From assembly GCA_900088475.1 (NCBI GenBank), contig FLMG01004575.1, forward strand, positions 1 to 64,000: DNA of 64,000 bases, in the 5' to 3' direction. The notes beneath the pieces were generated by a model, which worked only from the letters and a program-made list of their open reading frames with translations, did no database searches and was not told the origin of the DNA. Positions 1 through 14,000 of the stretch are shown here, piece after piece (position 1 is the first letter of the stretch; each line of letters begins with the position of its first letter). The translations under genes and the position numbers were made by a program. This DNA is from Hyphochytrium catenoides. Lineage: Eukaryota > Protista > Hyphochytriomycota.

Positions 1-38
1 AAAGCAGGGGGAGGAGGGAGAGGGAAGAGGGAGAGCGC

Positions 39-600
39 ACCTAAATAAAACAGGAACGGGGCGGAAAAGAACAGACGGAAAGGAAAGATTGGCTCCAGTG
101 CGAGACTATAGCTTGTGGAGCTTTCCCAATGATAGATTTCCCGCAGCTTTGAAGTTTTGCATGGAATAAAAAGTTTCTCCCAATGTTGGAAGCGGTCAAG
201 GGTCCTAAAATTATCCGTGATTTATAATGGTGTGTGCTTGTCTTTCTGTCAGAAGGGGTGGACTAAGAAAGGTGTTTGGAATAACATTGCTCATATTATG
301 GTATAACACACTGCAAGCTGCAAGCCGTTCTTTATCGGCATTATGGTTATCCATCAAGTTCATCATCGTTTCCTACGATATCCACTCGGAGTTTTGTGTT
401 CGTATGTAGTAGTACAGCGTACGACATTCTACCTGCTCTTCCTCCTTGAAGAAAGGAACATACCCAGCGAAACGCAACCTTCGTACAACTGTACTACGTT
501 GTAACTGCGTACAGTAGCCCTCCAGTAGCCCGTAGGAGGACACATCACTCTTCTTTGACAAATATCTGGGCTGGCGCTGGTGCGGTGCTGGCGCTGCATG
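39..600 (-). CDS. Spliced hypothetical CDS fragment running off the left edge (may continue the adjacent ARM gene)
   Basis: Open segments flanked by GT/AG: ...RRLRFAGYVPFFKEEEQ|gtag (~432); ag|ETMMNLMDN...; ag|TLDRFQHWEKLFIPCK...FYL|gtgcg (~39). No family recognised. Confidence 0.35.
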
Positions 601-999
601 CAGTCTGAAAGTTCTGAGACTTCAAGGTGAATCAAGATCAAGCCTTCTTTGTTCTTTGCCATTGATGGTTTACACAGTTGTTAGAACGGCGAGGAAACAA
701 CTTCTTCTCTTTGGTTGTTAGCTTGTGCTGTGTCAATCGACTGTTGCCGCTGCTTGGTGGTGTTCCGCACATCAGATCAGATGCGGCAACAGAGATTACA
801 GTGAAAACAATGACGAAGCACGATGCAGCCAGTCAGGCAAGGCGACGAGGGAGGACCAATGATAGGACGTGATATTCCTATAATGCGAGTATATATCAAG
901 TGGGGCGGAAGCGTGATATCTCTGGGTGGCAAGAAGCAAAAGATGTGTTTCTTTATCATATTCTCTAATAACTCTTCACCGCACCTTATTGGCAAACTA

Positions 1000-3286
1000 C
1001 CCACCCCAACTCGAGGGAACCCAGACAGTGCTGATAAATATTCAATCATACCACTACTATCACGGAGCAAAGAGGCACGGGCTTCAGGCCCCTCGACACG
1101 GCTGTGGTCCTGACGACGACTCAAGTGTAAGGACATGCTTCACTGATTCCAAGGAAAGCCCATCTGCATCATGCAGGGTTAGCTTACTGAGGTCTCATGA
1201 AATGGATCTGCACCAAGTCCCATCGTACCTTTCTCCATACAGCTGTTCTCTGAATCTTCCATATCATGAACAAACCTCCACAGCAGCTTTGAGGCCATGT
1301 CTCGTACTATTGGACTTCTAGAGCGGAGGGACCTTAGAACGCCCGAAGCGCCGACTTTTGAGTTAAAGATGTCCGGAGAGTAGAGGTGCGACACAAGCCA
1401 CACCGTCGCATGCATACCAGCGCTGTCGAGGGGAAGCTGACATAGGTAATACCTCTGCAAGAAGAAAGGACTTTGTCAGACACCGACCTCAGGTCTCAAC
1501 TTGATACCCTAGCTTCCAATAGTCTTGGGCCCAATGGGCCACGCTTACCGTCAGCTCTAAACTTAGGGCGATATTGGTCTTGAAACTCCACGGATCCACT
1601 CCAGCGACTACCTGCATCACCGTCTCAGAAAGACTAGACCCTGGAAGCTGGGATGTATCAAGGTCGCAGCTCTGAAATGCTGTGCTTGGACCTGCATAGG
1701 AAGAGTGGTCAGCAAAGACCCTCGACTCAACCTCTGCATACTCTTACCCCCCTCAGAAGATCTACACGCGGTGCCAACGGCATCAGATCCTACAGTGAGA
1801 CCTGCTGCGGCGATTAGAGAGTATACGAATGCAATATCCCTGTGGGGGTTGTTTGGCGACCCAGTCTCTAGCCGCTGGATGAGAACCTCGGAAATGAAAC
1901 CAACGAAGTCTGGAAAATGCTTGAGAATGTCACCTCTAACTTGTTCACAGTAGGATACATTCATTAGGACTCCAATGGCATAGCTGCAGCATTCATCGAA
2001 GCTCTGCTCCTTCGCCAACCGCGCAATTTCAAACAAAATATTTGTACCGTTGGCCCTTTGCGAGGTGTCGGGCTGCAGAGACTGACCTTGATGAACCCGC
2101 AACTTGTTTGATGAGTTTCCATCACTTGCGTTCATCAATGTGGAGAGGATAAGACAAACTCTCGCATTTGATACCACTGACAAGCCAAGGCGGCGGACAG
2201 AGACCATCTCTTGTGCCAAAAGATTGAACAATATATCAATCCCTAGGTAGCAAGTCAGTAGGACAGCAACACACAGCCAGGCAGTTGCAAAAAGTACCAA
2301 CCTCCTAGCCGTGAGAAGTGGGCAGCGTTCGGCCGACACTTGAAAAGAATGTTACATATAAGTTCGAGCAATGTATTTGTTAGGGGACCACTGGTTTGCT
2401 TCAAGCAGCTGATAAGAGATTGGAGGAGGCCTAGAATACCAAATGACCGCGGGTACGTCATCTGCGGACAGCATGGAACGGATCGTTAGACTCTTCAGAG
2501 GAAAACCACAAGCGAGACGTGAACAGTTTCCGGCTTACCAGCAACTTGTCCACCAGCAACAAAGCCTTCAAGTAAACGATGTCGATGGTTGATGTTTGAA
2601 GAGCAGCATTGACGACATCTAGGCCTCCATGCAGGAGGACGACCCCCACCAAGTTTTTCCGTGTCAGGGAACAAAGCTCATCGAGGTGCTGGGTGAAGAG
2701 GAGGCCCGTCATGCGCTGGGTGGATACGGTGCGTTGTATAGCCTATAACGCCGTGGTGAGCGATCACTCTTGGTGATAGAACTGAAAGCCAAGCCCACGA
2801 AGGCGCCGTAAAGTAAGCTGTCTTACCACTATTCGGATCTCATCCTTCGGTGGAAGTCTATGAGGGCTTCGCATGCAAGCACGCAATAGTAAGTAGCTGG
2901 AATGGCAAATTGTTGATACGTCTCCACGTTGCACACCAAGAACCACTTTCACTTCGTCCTCAAGCTCTTCATCAGCATCGGTCTCTCTGACGTATTGTGC
3001 CAGTCGCCACAGGCCGCCCCAATGCTGCCGAATGACTTCCTGGATATGGCACTAAGTATCCTGCAATCGAGCCTAAACATGTGGCTGTCCCTCTTACCTC
3101 AATAGCAGCTCCAACATCCTTGTCGATGGTTATTCGACTCCGGAGAGATTTGCTTGCTAATGAGAGGTTAACAATTGAGGCTCCATCTAAGAATTGTAAG
3201 CTGTAGCCCACAAGGGAAGGGACAAGGCTTGTTAGGAGGTCTGCTGCTTCCAGAACCTGGTGCGTCTCGAACATACAGTCCATCAT
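1000..3286 (-). CDS. Multi-exon helical (ARM/HEAT-like) repeat protein with an N-terminal F-box-like segment
   Basis: First exon MMDCMFETHQVLEAADLLTSLVPSLVGYSLQFLDGASIVNLSLASKSLRSRI resembles an F-box. Later exons carry Leu-rich amphipathic helices (GGLDVVNAALQ, LLELICNILFKCRPNAAHFSRLGG-IDILFNLL, YAIGVLMNVS). 3' end uncertain. Confidence 0.5.
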
Positions 3287-4002
3287 TGGCGGCAAAGCTT
3301 CCTAAATGGAAACCACTTTTATCTTCAGATCCGACTCGGTGAGTGAGCCAGCTATAACGGTCTCAACTGTGAGACTTCCTCATAACGAGCCCAGCTCTCT
3401 CAACCTAGGCTACCAACGCAAGATGGCTTAACTGCAACACAAGGTTTACGTCCTCTAAGTCTTTCTGGCAGCTGTCTAGGAGAAGTGGATTGTTCACAGT
3501 GTAAATCATGAGCCTGGCGGGCGACAGAAGTGACAAGAGGAGACAGGATAAGCGCAGCACACAATGACCCAGCCAGAACGAAGAGAAGCTCCTGCTTCTT
3601 GAAGCAGGAAGACAAAGAGTGGCAAGTACAACATCAGGATTCTGATTACGGTCCGCTAACGGCTACTAGTGCGATCAATAGGAAAGGCGCTTTGCAGTTG
3701 ACGCACACCCTTGTACGGCGCACAACAGGGTGTAGCTCAATCTGTGCAAATAATTGTCGGGCATGAACAATGATGTTGCAGGCAGCGGGTTTATTGATTA
3801 TTACCATCAGGCTTTAGAGTGTAAGTCTCTTGGGTTGCCAGGTATGGAGCAGCAGGATCAGATGCAACCCAAGCCTTTACCTGCTAGGGTATAGTCTCCA
3901 TGGCTTTGTCATAAAGGCTTCGACTTCCCAAGGGCGCGATGTCCAATGTAACCTCGCTGGAGGCCTCAACACCCCTACAGCCAGCCATCAATAGAAAAAG
4001 TT

Positions 4003-5497
4003 TCAGGGCTTCGAGTCAGCATTTTTCTTCTTTCCCTCTTTGCCATCTTCGTTCGCCTGTGAGTCTGGAGCCTTCTCATCCGTAGCCTTCATGCCGACAA
4101 TAACGATTAGTCAGCTAATACATGAATATGGCAGAATAGTCTTCTTGAAGCTGACCTTTGCATCCTTTGTTGCTTTCTCTTCACCTTCAGGTTGGTCCTC
4201 ATCTATGTCTCGGTAACGGATTTTGTTGTTTACGAGATTGTGCAAGGCGACAACGGAGCGGATAAGGGCAGAAAGATACATAACCTGACACAGAGCAGCG
4301 AGGAGGTAGATTTCAGGGTACAGCTCGGTCCAGTCCCCCGCAGTGCATGCAAAGACATACCAGGTACATGTCATTGGTCTTCACAAACATCGATCGAATC
4401 AACTCTTCCACGTTGAGATTGGGGAGAAGGTTGAAGATGGTCTGCATATTGTAGATAATCTGATGGTTGACAGGCAGCTTGCCGCTCAGGACATTCTGCA
4501 GATATTGCTGCATTTCCTCCAAGCGCTCGCGAAGGCCAGAAAGAGCTGTCATTTTGTACTTGATCTGTCAATAGAAGCATATTAGCAGTAGCATGGTGCA
4601 GGCTCGCGTTTTTGTTAAGATACCTGATTGGCCAAGACGCTGACTGACGGGTCATTGATGTCCCTGAGAAGATGCTCGACACCGACCTGGTCATCCATGC
4701 ACCTGTCAGAGCATTGCTCTGTTCGTATAGCAAACGACCTTTATCCAAAATAGCCTCACCTCTTCTGCCTCATAAGCGCCAATACTACTCGGAATATGCT
4801 TGAAAGTTCTCTTGATGGCCTTACCATCCTGAAGGAGAGCCTGAGGTCAGCAACTAGGGCTATTCGGGGCTGTAACACGAACTTGAATGATTACCTCCTC
4901 AACCTCTTCAATCGTACCATATGCCTTGGTGGGTATCCCCTCCACAGTAGGCCGGACATCGCAGATAACCAGCACCGGGTTAGGAGTGTATCTTCTGAAA
5001 AGCTCGTCAATCTCCAGATCAGCTTCACGAATTTTCGGCCCAGTGCTGTAAAAGCCAACGATTCTTTCCTTTGCTAGTAGTAATGAGGTTGTTAGGTTTG
5101 ATGGACTGTAGGCCATTGTTCACGAAGACTGCACCGTTGATCTTTCTTGACATGTTATACATTGTGTCTAGAAAATTGTGATCCAGGTACCAAACCTTGG
5201 GGTTCTTTAGATCCTCCTCGAAAGGAACTGGAGAGACAATGGACTTAGACAAACTATAAGGCTGATGTTTCACGAGAGGCTTACCAGCAAAGCTGTTCGT
5301 GATGTCCACCTTGCCCTTAAAAGTGGTTCCCAAGAGAACACCGACTACTCTTTTCTTTGTGTCTTTCGCAACTCTGTGAAGTCAGTCAGCTAAATAGATA
5401 ATTCCAAAGGCAGCGACGAGCTAACTAACCTGTTATAATGATCAACTATACTCAGGAGGACGAGAGGATGTGTGACAATCTCAGTGGGAAGCGACAT
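4003..5497 (-). CDS. PSMD7: 26S proteasome non-ATPase regulatory subunit RPN8 (MPN domain), multi-exon
   Basis: Spliced product [38 protein letters not shown]...[27 protein letters not shown]...[12 protein letters not shown]...[19 protein letters not shown]...[21 protein letters not shown]...[21 protein letters not shown]. Stop TGA at 4003-4005. Confidence 0.97.
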
Positions 5498-6489
5498 CTT
5501 TCCAGTGACTTGAGTTCAGCCTCGGCCGCTACTATACGTACCCTTGACCGTTAGAAGAAGTCAGGAGAACGATCTGAATTTCCTGCTTACTGAGTCTCCA
5601 GATAGTTTACAAAGAAGATCTGCTGTCCTCCTTATCCGAATAGCAGAGGTCTTCTTGCAGCCAAATCGCGCTTTCCCTTGCGGCGTCTCCCGGCAGATCG
5701 GCTCAGCATCTGACATTGCGTTCTCTGGAAGCCGATTCTTCTTGCTGTGAAAATCTTGCAGATCCTATCTTTATTAGACGCACATTATAACAAGGGCCGT
5801 TTGAGGGACCGCAGTACTCCCCCATGACCCAAGCTCATTGATCACTGGTACAAGAATCTAAAGCATGATCAAACGCATAGATTACCATGAAAAGGTTAAT
5901 CTCTCTGATCCGCAGACTGATAACAACCTTGAACCGCCTAGCACCAGACATCCCCCAGGTACAAGCTACAATCAAGCGGGGGCACGAATGTTGGCTCTGA
6001 TGCCAGCACCCAAAGCACCGAAGTGGTCGGGTCACTCAGTCACAGGTGCTGTGTGCTGCTCTGTCACGACTCGAGACGATGAGGGATGCACTCCATCGGG
6101 GGAACTCTTGGCACTACTCGTACATCATAGTCTTTGCGAGGTCTCCATCCTCAGGTGAATAGTATCTCTATTATCCGGACACCAACGGCCGGTGGCAATG
6201 CCTTGCGGGACGAGACAGGGTCTAAGTCTGGGCTTTGTGCAGCCGCGTTGACCCGAAGCTTCGTTTACTGTCACTGGGTTCTACAGCTCCTGTACGGCTG
6301 TCACCACCGCGCCAGCCATCAACAGCTGTTTGCGGTCTCATATTATAGGAAAACTCCGCTTTTGCCTTTTGAAGCCCAGATCAACACCCCCAACAACTTC
6401 GCAGTTCCCCGATGGCTCAGTGGTACACCTGGTCGCAGTAGGGGTTTAGCTCAGCCCATGAAAAAAGCAGGCTGCTGCCCTAGGTGACT

Positions 6490-7926
6490 ATGACAGCTTT
6501 CGATAAGAATGGACAGAAGGCCTGGTACCACGATGAAGGTTTTGCCGGTGGCTTCTTTCACACCTACGATGCCATCTCTTTCGATGCTGGCTCCACGCCT
6601 AGAAAAATCCACGTCTTTCTGCCTTCGGACTATGAAGAAAGCGAACGGCAATATCCAGTGCTCTACTTCCAGGATGGCCATCAGATATTCTGGAACGAAA
6701 CAGGAGGCCGAGGCTGGAACGTTGGACGGACACTAAGGTAGGCAGCTTCAGACTATCCTTATTGGATAGATATACTGATCGTTGAATGTATGTTTGCAGC
6801 GAACTGTATGAGCTTAATCAAACGGAAAAGGTGATCATTGTAGCTATCTATCCGCTGGATAGAGACTATGAATACACTCATACAGAGTGGGCTGAGGGGA
6901 AGTCTCATGGCGGACTCCAAGGCTACGCCAATTACGTGGCGAATGTGCTGAAGAAGTGGATTGATACTACTTACAGGACAGTATCTACTAGAGAGAGCAC
7001 AGGAGTGATCGGATCAGGCCATGGAGGTATGTGGAGAGGTCAGAGCCTACCGGATCGTGACTCTTTCATTGTTACACTCTTCTTTGGCGGAGCTTGTCTC
7101 TTCATAGGGCTTTCTCTCTCTTCTATGACCTTACCTTCTGACTCCCACTCTACACTGCCCTACATCCAACCATCTGCCTTCTTCTTTCCCATTGACAGGC
7201 TTGGCCTCCTTCTATATTGCCACCCGCTTTCCACACTTGTTTGGGTTTGGGGGCTGTCTCTCGTCTTCATTCTGGGTGGGGATGGACATCCTACCAGATC
7301 CTTGGATGTTCCGGGACTCCATCTCATTCACACATATCCAGTTCTTTAAACCGCCGATAGAGAAGTCTCCACTGCTGCAGCAAGTAAGACCTCTTCCTCA
7401 AAACGCTCTCTCACATTCATCCTCATACTACTCTCTCCATCAACCTCTTGCTCCCTTTGTCTATCTTCTGGGCTCCTCTCTACACGGTCCGATAGTTCGC
7501 TCCTACTTCTTCTGACCGAGCTTGTCCGTCATTCAGGTCAGAGATATTCTGGCAAATAAGGCAGTGCGTCCTAAGCTTTGGATAGATTGGGGTCTCCGTC
7601 GGGACAACGAATTCCAGAACGCGGTGCTGGAAAAGATGTGCGCAGAATGGTCACAGGAGCTAGTGCAGCTGCTGGTGGACAAGTTTGGCTATGAGCGAGG
7701 GAAAGATCTTTACGTTCATGTGGATCCTATCGGAGGGCATGATGAAGATGCCTGGGCCCACAGATTTGGTCTTATAATGAGGTGGCTTTTTCCACGACCT
7801 CAAGAAGAGCATGGTGAGGGGGAAGGGAGGCTGGAAGTTGCGCAGGGCCCGTCGCGGCAGGTAGATGGAAGGTCGATTAGGGAAGCAGAGTATAGGAACG
7901 GTCCAACGAGGAGCCATATTGAATAG
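6490..7926 (+). CDS. Putative esterase (alpha/beta hydrolase, enterochelin-esterase-like family), 4 exons
   Basis: WYHDEGFAGGFFHTYD, RKIHVFLPSDY..YPVLYFQDG, R.YEYT, LKKWIDTTYRT, GVIGSGHGGLASFY, LSSSFWVG, LWIDWG, GGHDEDAW. Introns at about 6738-6799, 7027-7198 and 7384-7537. An upstream exon from 5865 is possible. Confidence 0.85.
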
Positions 7927-8064
7927 AAACAGATATGTAAATATTTTTCAAGGAAAGAACTTGTCGTAGACACCACCTTCCTTCTTCTTTCTCTCCTAGT
8001 ACACTGTCCCTCGTCAAAGCTCTTCTCTCACTCCATCTGTTGTCTTTTGAGGCTAGCTATCGGT

Positions 8065-11000
8065 TTAAAAGTCCTTGAACCAAGTGTCGTCTCCTTTAAA
8101 AGGTTCTCCCACGTCTAGAAGTGCATCCTCCGTAGGAGTAGAAGCTGTAAGTTCTGCATACTTTGTCTTGGCAGCCTCAGCGAGTGGAGCCTGAGAAAGA
8201 GATCAGATATTAGTACGCATATACCCCTTCTTCATCGCCCCTTCATCCTTATTAGGCCGATTGTGCCAAAGAACGCTTAGCTTACCTCTACCAGTCCAGT
8301 TCTGAGTTTATCCCAGTCAATGCTTGAGAAAAAGGCATGAGTCTGCAGCTGTCTTCCCGGATCATCTAAAGAGGAATGCCGTTAGGTGGCAAGTGTTAGC
8401 GATATATCGTGCCTCTTCTGAGCATGTCACATATTGCCGCTAAAACCTTTCGCTTATAGTCACCATCTCTTCTATGCTATAATAAATATTTCCCTCCTTT
8501 CGCGGTAGCTAAAGGCCATTCTGTCTCTCCGCTCATCTCACTTACCTTGTCCGCCAGGGATCATTGAGTTCCGAAAGCCTAGACGACCTGCCGGTCGTGG
8601 ATTGATAAGACCGTTCATAATGTCCCTTGCGTATGGGCTCACGCCTTCAGGGATATTAAGGCCTCCCTATAAGCATGCTTTTAGCTAACCGTTCGTGTAA
8701 ATGGCAAGAGCATCACGCCAGTAAACGTCCATTGCATACCGGAGCAAAGCTGGCAATTCGCTTGTAGATTTCCATCTCGTCATAAGTCTCATTGTAAAAT
8801 GGAGTGTTGCCAGCTAGCAACTCGTAGATAAAGATGCCCAGTGCCCAAAGATCACTTGCTTGACCGTGGCCTGATGTGTAACAAGGGAGATCAATTGCTG
8901 CAAAGTGCAATCCCTTCTAGAACACCATTTGCTATATATGGCACTCAATGGTTCTCCGTCTGTTCCCCTGCTCCCAAAGTATCTTTTTGCAAAATTGTGA
9001 GGCAATCAATGATACTCGTGTGCTCTCCTGCTCCCAGGTAATGGCTAGTTTGCCTTACCGTGCCCCTTCACTTGCTCGGGGGCAAGATACTCCGCAGTTC
9101 CGCACAGCGTATATGTTCTGCCAGTGCCGACGTACTTGGCTAGGCGAATATTCGTCAAGCAAATGTGACCATCTTTGTCCATTGTGAGCATCTCCGGAGA
9201 AAGGGCGCGGTACACGTAACCAACCTGTCGGCGAGGCGGAGAACAGTGAGAAGAGGTAACGCCGTAGAAACAGAAGGCGAGGAGCCACACACACCTCATG
9301 CAGGTAGTTAAGCGCAAGCACCACTTCAGCGGCGTAATACTGCGCCACCCTTTCAATCTGAGGAGTCTGGTCCAAGAAGGTGCTGAGATCAGCTACTATC
9401 ACTCGCTGCAAAAGCATGTGGAGGGATGTTTCGTCATCGAGAGTTGCAAGAAGAGGCGCCAGTGCATGCGTGCCGCCCGTAAGGGTAGCATAAACGTCTC
9501 TTTCTCCCGCAACTTGAGCCTGTAAACCTTCCGAAACGACCGCACGCTTGTTAGCGCTTTTAAGGGTATACTCCTTTCTTGTAACTTTGTTCCGAACCAG
9601 ACGGAGCACCTAGGAATAATGGCGGGTCAGTTTAATAGAGACCAACAGCCATACGCCCGCCCCTCCTGCAATGTTTCTTTCATGTCTCGTTCCAGCGATC
9701 GGTGGATGATTCTGACCCAATCCCATAGAGTTTAAGAGGGCAAGTCATTGTCGGGCGCTTAACTATTTTCGCCTGATTATTGTTCTTATTGCATTGGCCA
9801 GTGATGTCCATTTCTCAAGCCGTTACTTTCCTTGTTCTTGTCCGCATATCGTAAGCCATACCCACTGACTTACATGGCTATCTCCATCATTCCAGACTTC
9901 TGCAATGACCTCAATATCCTTGATCCCAAAGTTCCACTCTTCTTTGTTTATCGTCCGATTGGTGGTCAGGGAGTTGGGGGCAGGGACAAAGTCCCCATTC
10001 TGCGAACGAAGAAAGCAATCGCAGTTGCGTGCAATTTAGAGAGAGAATATAACAAGGCGGTCTCCTTAAATAGAACTGCGCAGGCACCCAGGCACTAAGC
10101 AGCGAGAAACAGCAATCATCTTGGACCCAGAATTTTATGAGTGTAGTAGGCTTGACCTAGGATTACAGCCAGCACCGGAAAGAAGAAAACTGCGTACCTT
10201 CCAGCTTTTTTTCATTTGCTCAAAGTCTTTCCCCAGTTGCCTCCGTTTTGCGTCCAAATCTATCAGGTAGCGTAGTGGTCCTAAGTACTTTTCAAAATCA
10301 TCGCGATGGATATGCAGACACTTGACTTCTTCGGATGAAGCTACTACATCGGCCATTCTATCAAAGTGCAAAAGCATCAGTCTATTGCAGATATATCGCT
10401 CATTGGAGTACAGAGAGGATAAAAGCAAAAGCCAAATGTCATGCTTGATCCGTACTAAGAACCAAACGAGCGGAGGAGCAGTAGGACAAGAGGTGGGGAT
10501 AGGACACGCCGAAGTAAATCAGCTGGAGGAGTTAGGTCTTAGCAAGCAACCAGAGCTCAGGGGAGCAGGTATCCCGGTGCTTACCTGGGCTCTCCTGTCA
10601 GCAAACCTCTTTCTCCAAAGTATTCGTGTGCGCCTAAGCTCACTGGCGGTCCACTACCTGATTCCACCTTTACATCTCCTTGGACTATAATGTAGAACGT
10701 GTCACCGATGTCCCCGGCCTTGATAATTTTATCACCCTTCTTAAAAGTGACGGCTTTCAGAACCTCTGCAAGCCGTTGCAGTTGCGTGGTCTTTAGAGGT
10801 TTCAGGACATCCACCTTCCTTAGCACTTGAACCATGTTACGAATCTGGGTTTACGGCCCCCAAAAGCGCGCAGGAGAGAGACCAATAGTAAGCAATTTTG
10901 GCCAGCGCGCCTTAAGGAATGGAAAGATGCCCAAGCGGAAAACGTGAAGAGGGGCAAAGTGCCAACAAGTAGGTGATAGAGAGCCGCGTAGAAGAAAACG

Positions 11001-14000
11001 TAAAGGGTCATTGTACACTTTTGGGATAGACTTAGACAAGCGAGCTTGGTATAGTCCACAAGATATCAGAAGGTTGAACGGAGAGGTTAACGAACCATCA
11101 TCGGTCTGTGCATGAGAATGTTCCTGAAAGCTAGCCTATCTAGGGCCCAGAGGATGCCTCGGGTTTTGGCAATGACAGTTGCGGCACGAGGTTTGGAGTG
11201 CATCAACGCCAATTCACCAAAAGATGGATGCTGGACTCCCCCGTTTGAACTAATGGAAAAAAATGGTCAGCCTCTTCCCCTTTTAATCAACAGAACGACC
11301 TCAATCACTGGCAACCAGAGGTTAGTTGTAGAGCCTTTTGTAGTACCTATACTCGTGGACCACTGGACCATACTTGCCCTCAAGAGAATTTGGATCTGCG
11401 TCTTGAGAAAGAAGGATATTTAAGGGGAGGTGATGAGTCAGGACATTACGAGTAAGGAAAAGGGGCAGATGGAGGGGCGCAAGGGATGAGCAAGAGGAGG
11501 TATAAATGGCTCGACCTACTTGATTCAGCGCCATCTTGTTTGATGCGGACCTCAAAGTCTCCAATGTCAACCACAAAGAATTCCTCCCCATGATCTCCTT
11601 GCTGAATGACAACCTCTCCTGCGACAACTTCCTTCCTGTACATCACCGAAAAAACGTCTTCACGCTGTTAAGGTAGACATAAAGATGCATGTTACTATTG
11701 TGCTGCAAAGACGAAATCAGACAGACATCGCCACCTGTTTCACGTTGAGATGCTGGAAGAGAAAGTTTGATTTGATGGAATCAGCTATCCTCATCACTTC
11801 CTCATTCGACTTGGTAATTCGGTGCTCGTCCACATCATAACCGGTCAAAACATTGTTCCCAATCTGCAAAGTACGTAGGAGGTTCAAAGTTTTATACAGA
11901 GAGGTGCCCTTAGTCAAAGATGGAGAGAGGAAACCCTACATCAGGTGCTAGTGGTAAAACTCTTGATCAAAGACAACCAAAGAGGACTCCGGACAAAAGC
12001 ATGCGCACGGTACCTCCATCTCATCACCGATATCACCGACAAGCGTTATACGAATTGCATCTGAACCAACAATCGTATCTCTCTTTCTGCCGCCTGTTCT
12101 CTCGCCTGTTCGTTTAGGGGAATTTGAGCTCAGATTGCACGAGGCGGAACATAGTTCCATTTGGTTGCTATACCTGCGCGTCTGACTGGCTTCATGGAAG
12201 CTTGGAACTCCAAAAGCTCGGCTCCTGTAAATATACTGCCGCGCTGGTCTCTCTCTTCCGTTACTCCCTCGAGGAAGATGCAGATCATTGTGATATCATC
12301 CGTCCTAACTTCGTACTGAAGCCACAGGTTATACGCTTCAGTGACTACAGCCTTGCAGGCCTTGAGAGGATCGTCATACTGCTTGACTATGTCCGCGACT
12401 GACTGACTTGTCAAGAACTCGAACACACCATCACTGGGAAAAAAAAGCGTCGTTGACCACAGAATCAAAGTTAAATACTGCGTCGCAGAAACTCAGAGAA
12501 CTTGGACTGTACCTGGCAATGACAATAAACTTGTCGTTGTTATTAAGCTTCTTGGAGAGAATCTCCGGCACCGCAATGACTCCTAGTTCTTCTGAAATAG
12601 AATCTCCAATGCTTCGTGTGAAGGCTGTGCCCTAAAGAAGTGATAATAAAGGCTTTAGCCCAAGCTCTTTTTCTTGGGTCTCACGGGCCATTGTCCTCAG
12701 ACCAATCAACGGTACCACTGTTATACGTACCGGGTAATCGCCGACAGGATGCCAGATTCTAGGAGGGTCTCCAGTCTCATCAATCTCGTCGCCGAGGTTC
12801 ACACCCCAATTTTCATGAATCGGTTCAAAGCTGTGTTGCGCATCCGGTAGTCAGAATCAGTACTAGAAAGCGGAAGTTGAGATGGTCCATAATGCTTACC
12901 CTTCCAACTGATCAACGGTGAGCACTCGGGCCCCTGTCTTCTTGACACGGTCGCGCTCATCCTGGAAAGAAGAAGAGAGAATAACAAGGTTCAGTCGTCT
13001 ACAGGCACTAAAACACGCATGCTTGCAGGAGTCGTTAGGACCTTTCGGAAAGGCGTCTGGTCCACGGAGAGCGGTTTTGCAACAGTATGAGGACTGCCCC
13101 CATACTTTTTGTCCTCCAGCTGTCCAATGATCGCTCGGGAATCGCCAACATTGGAGACATAGATCATCTCGTCAACCACAAGCAAGCTTATTGCAGTTGT
13201 GCCACTCATTGAGTCATCAAAGGGGGCCTCGTGCATCTAAGTGGTGGCAGAGGGTCAATTTGGACATATGCTCCTCTTGTTTAACCAACTATCTATATAC
13301 CTTGCGATTGGTCTCCACATGGGCATCAATAATATAATTCTTTAGCTGGAGCTCATTGAAGGTCGCTGGTAGCTTATCAGAAAGAAGCTTGGGCAGCTGT
13401 TCCCCCAACCAAATCGAGGTGAATGAGTGACTCTGTAACCATAAGAGCTCTATTACGATGCACACTGCTTACCTGATCCCGAGCGAACTGCGCACAAACA
13501 TCTCCCATCGAACCGTGTCCATCAAACACTGAGAAGAAAGCCATATTCTTATGTCCTCCAAAGTTGGTCTGAACGCAAAAGGCATCCTGGTTGGGCTTCG
13601 ACAAGGCTGCAAAGGCCAGGGAGAGCGCAAAGGCTTAGGATGGATTTTCCTAGCAAATTAGCGGATTGACGCTACCTTCAGGGTAATAGCCTCGTTGTGA
13701 GTAGTACGCATACCGAAGATGGTAGCCCACTATATCAACCGATTCAGTCTGCTTTGAGCATGTCACTCTGGAGTTTATCTCAATATCATTTAATGGCCCA
13801 CCAGCGCCGGGCAAGCGGGGAGGCAGATAAGATCCCTGGTTATTGCTGTTGTTGTTGCTTGTTAGGGGGTTGGGAGCAAACACTGTATGGAAAGGACGTC
13901 AGAATCTCCACGCTTAACGGAAACGCTAGAGGACGAGCTTACTTGGAGGCTGGTTATTGCCTGTGGCCCCGTTAGCGGAAGTCGCGAACGGGTCATGATA

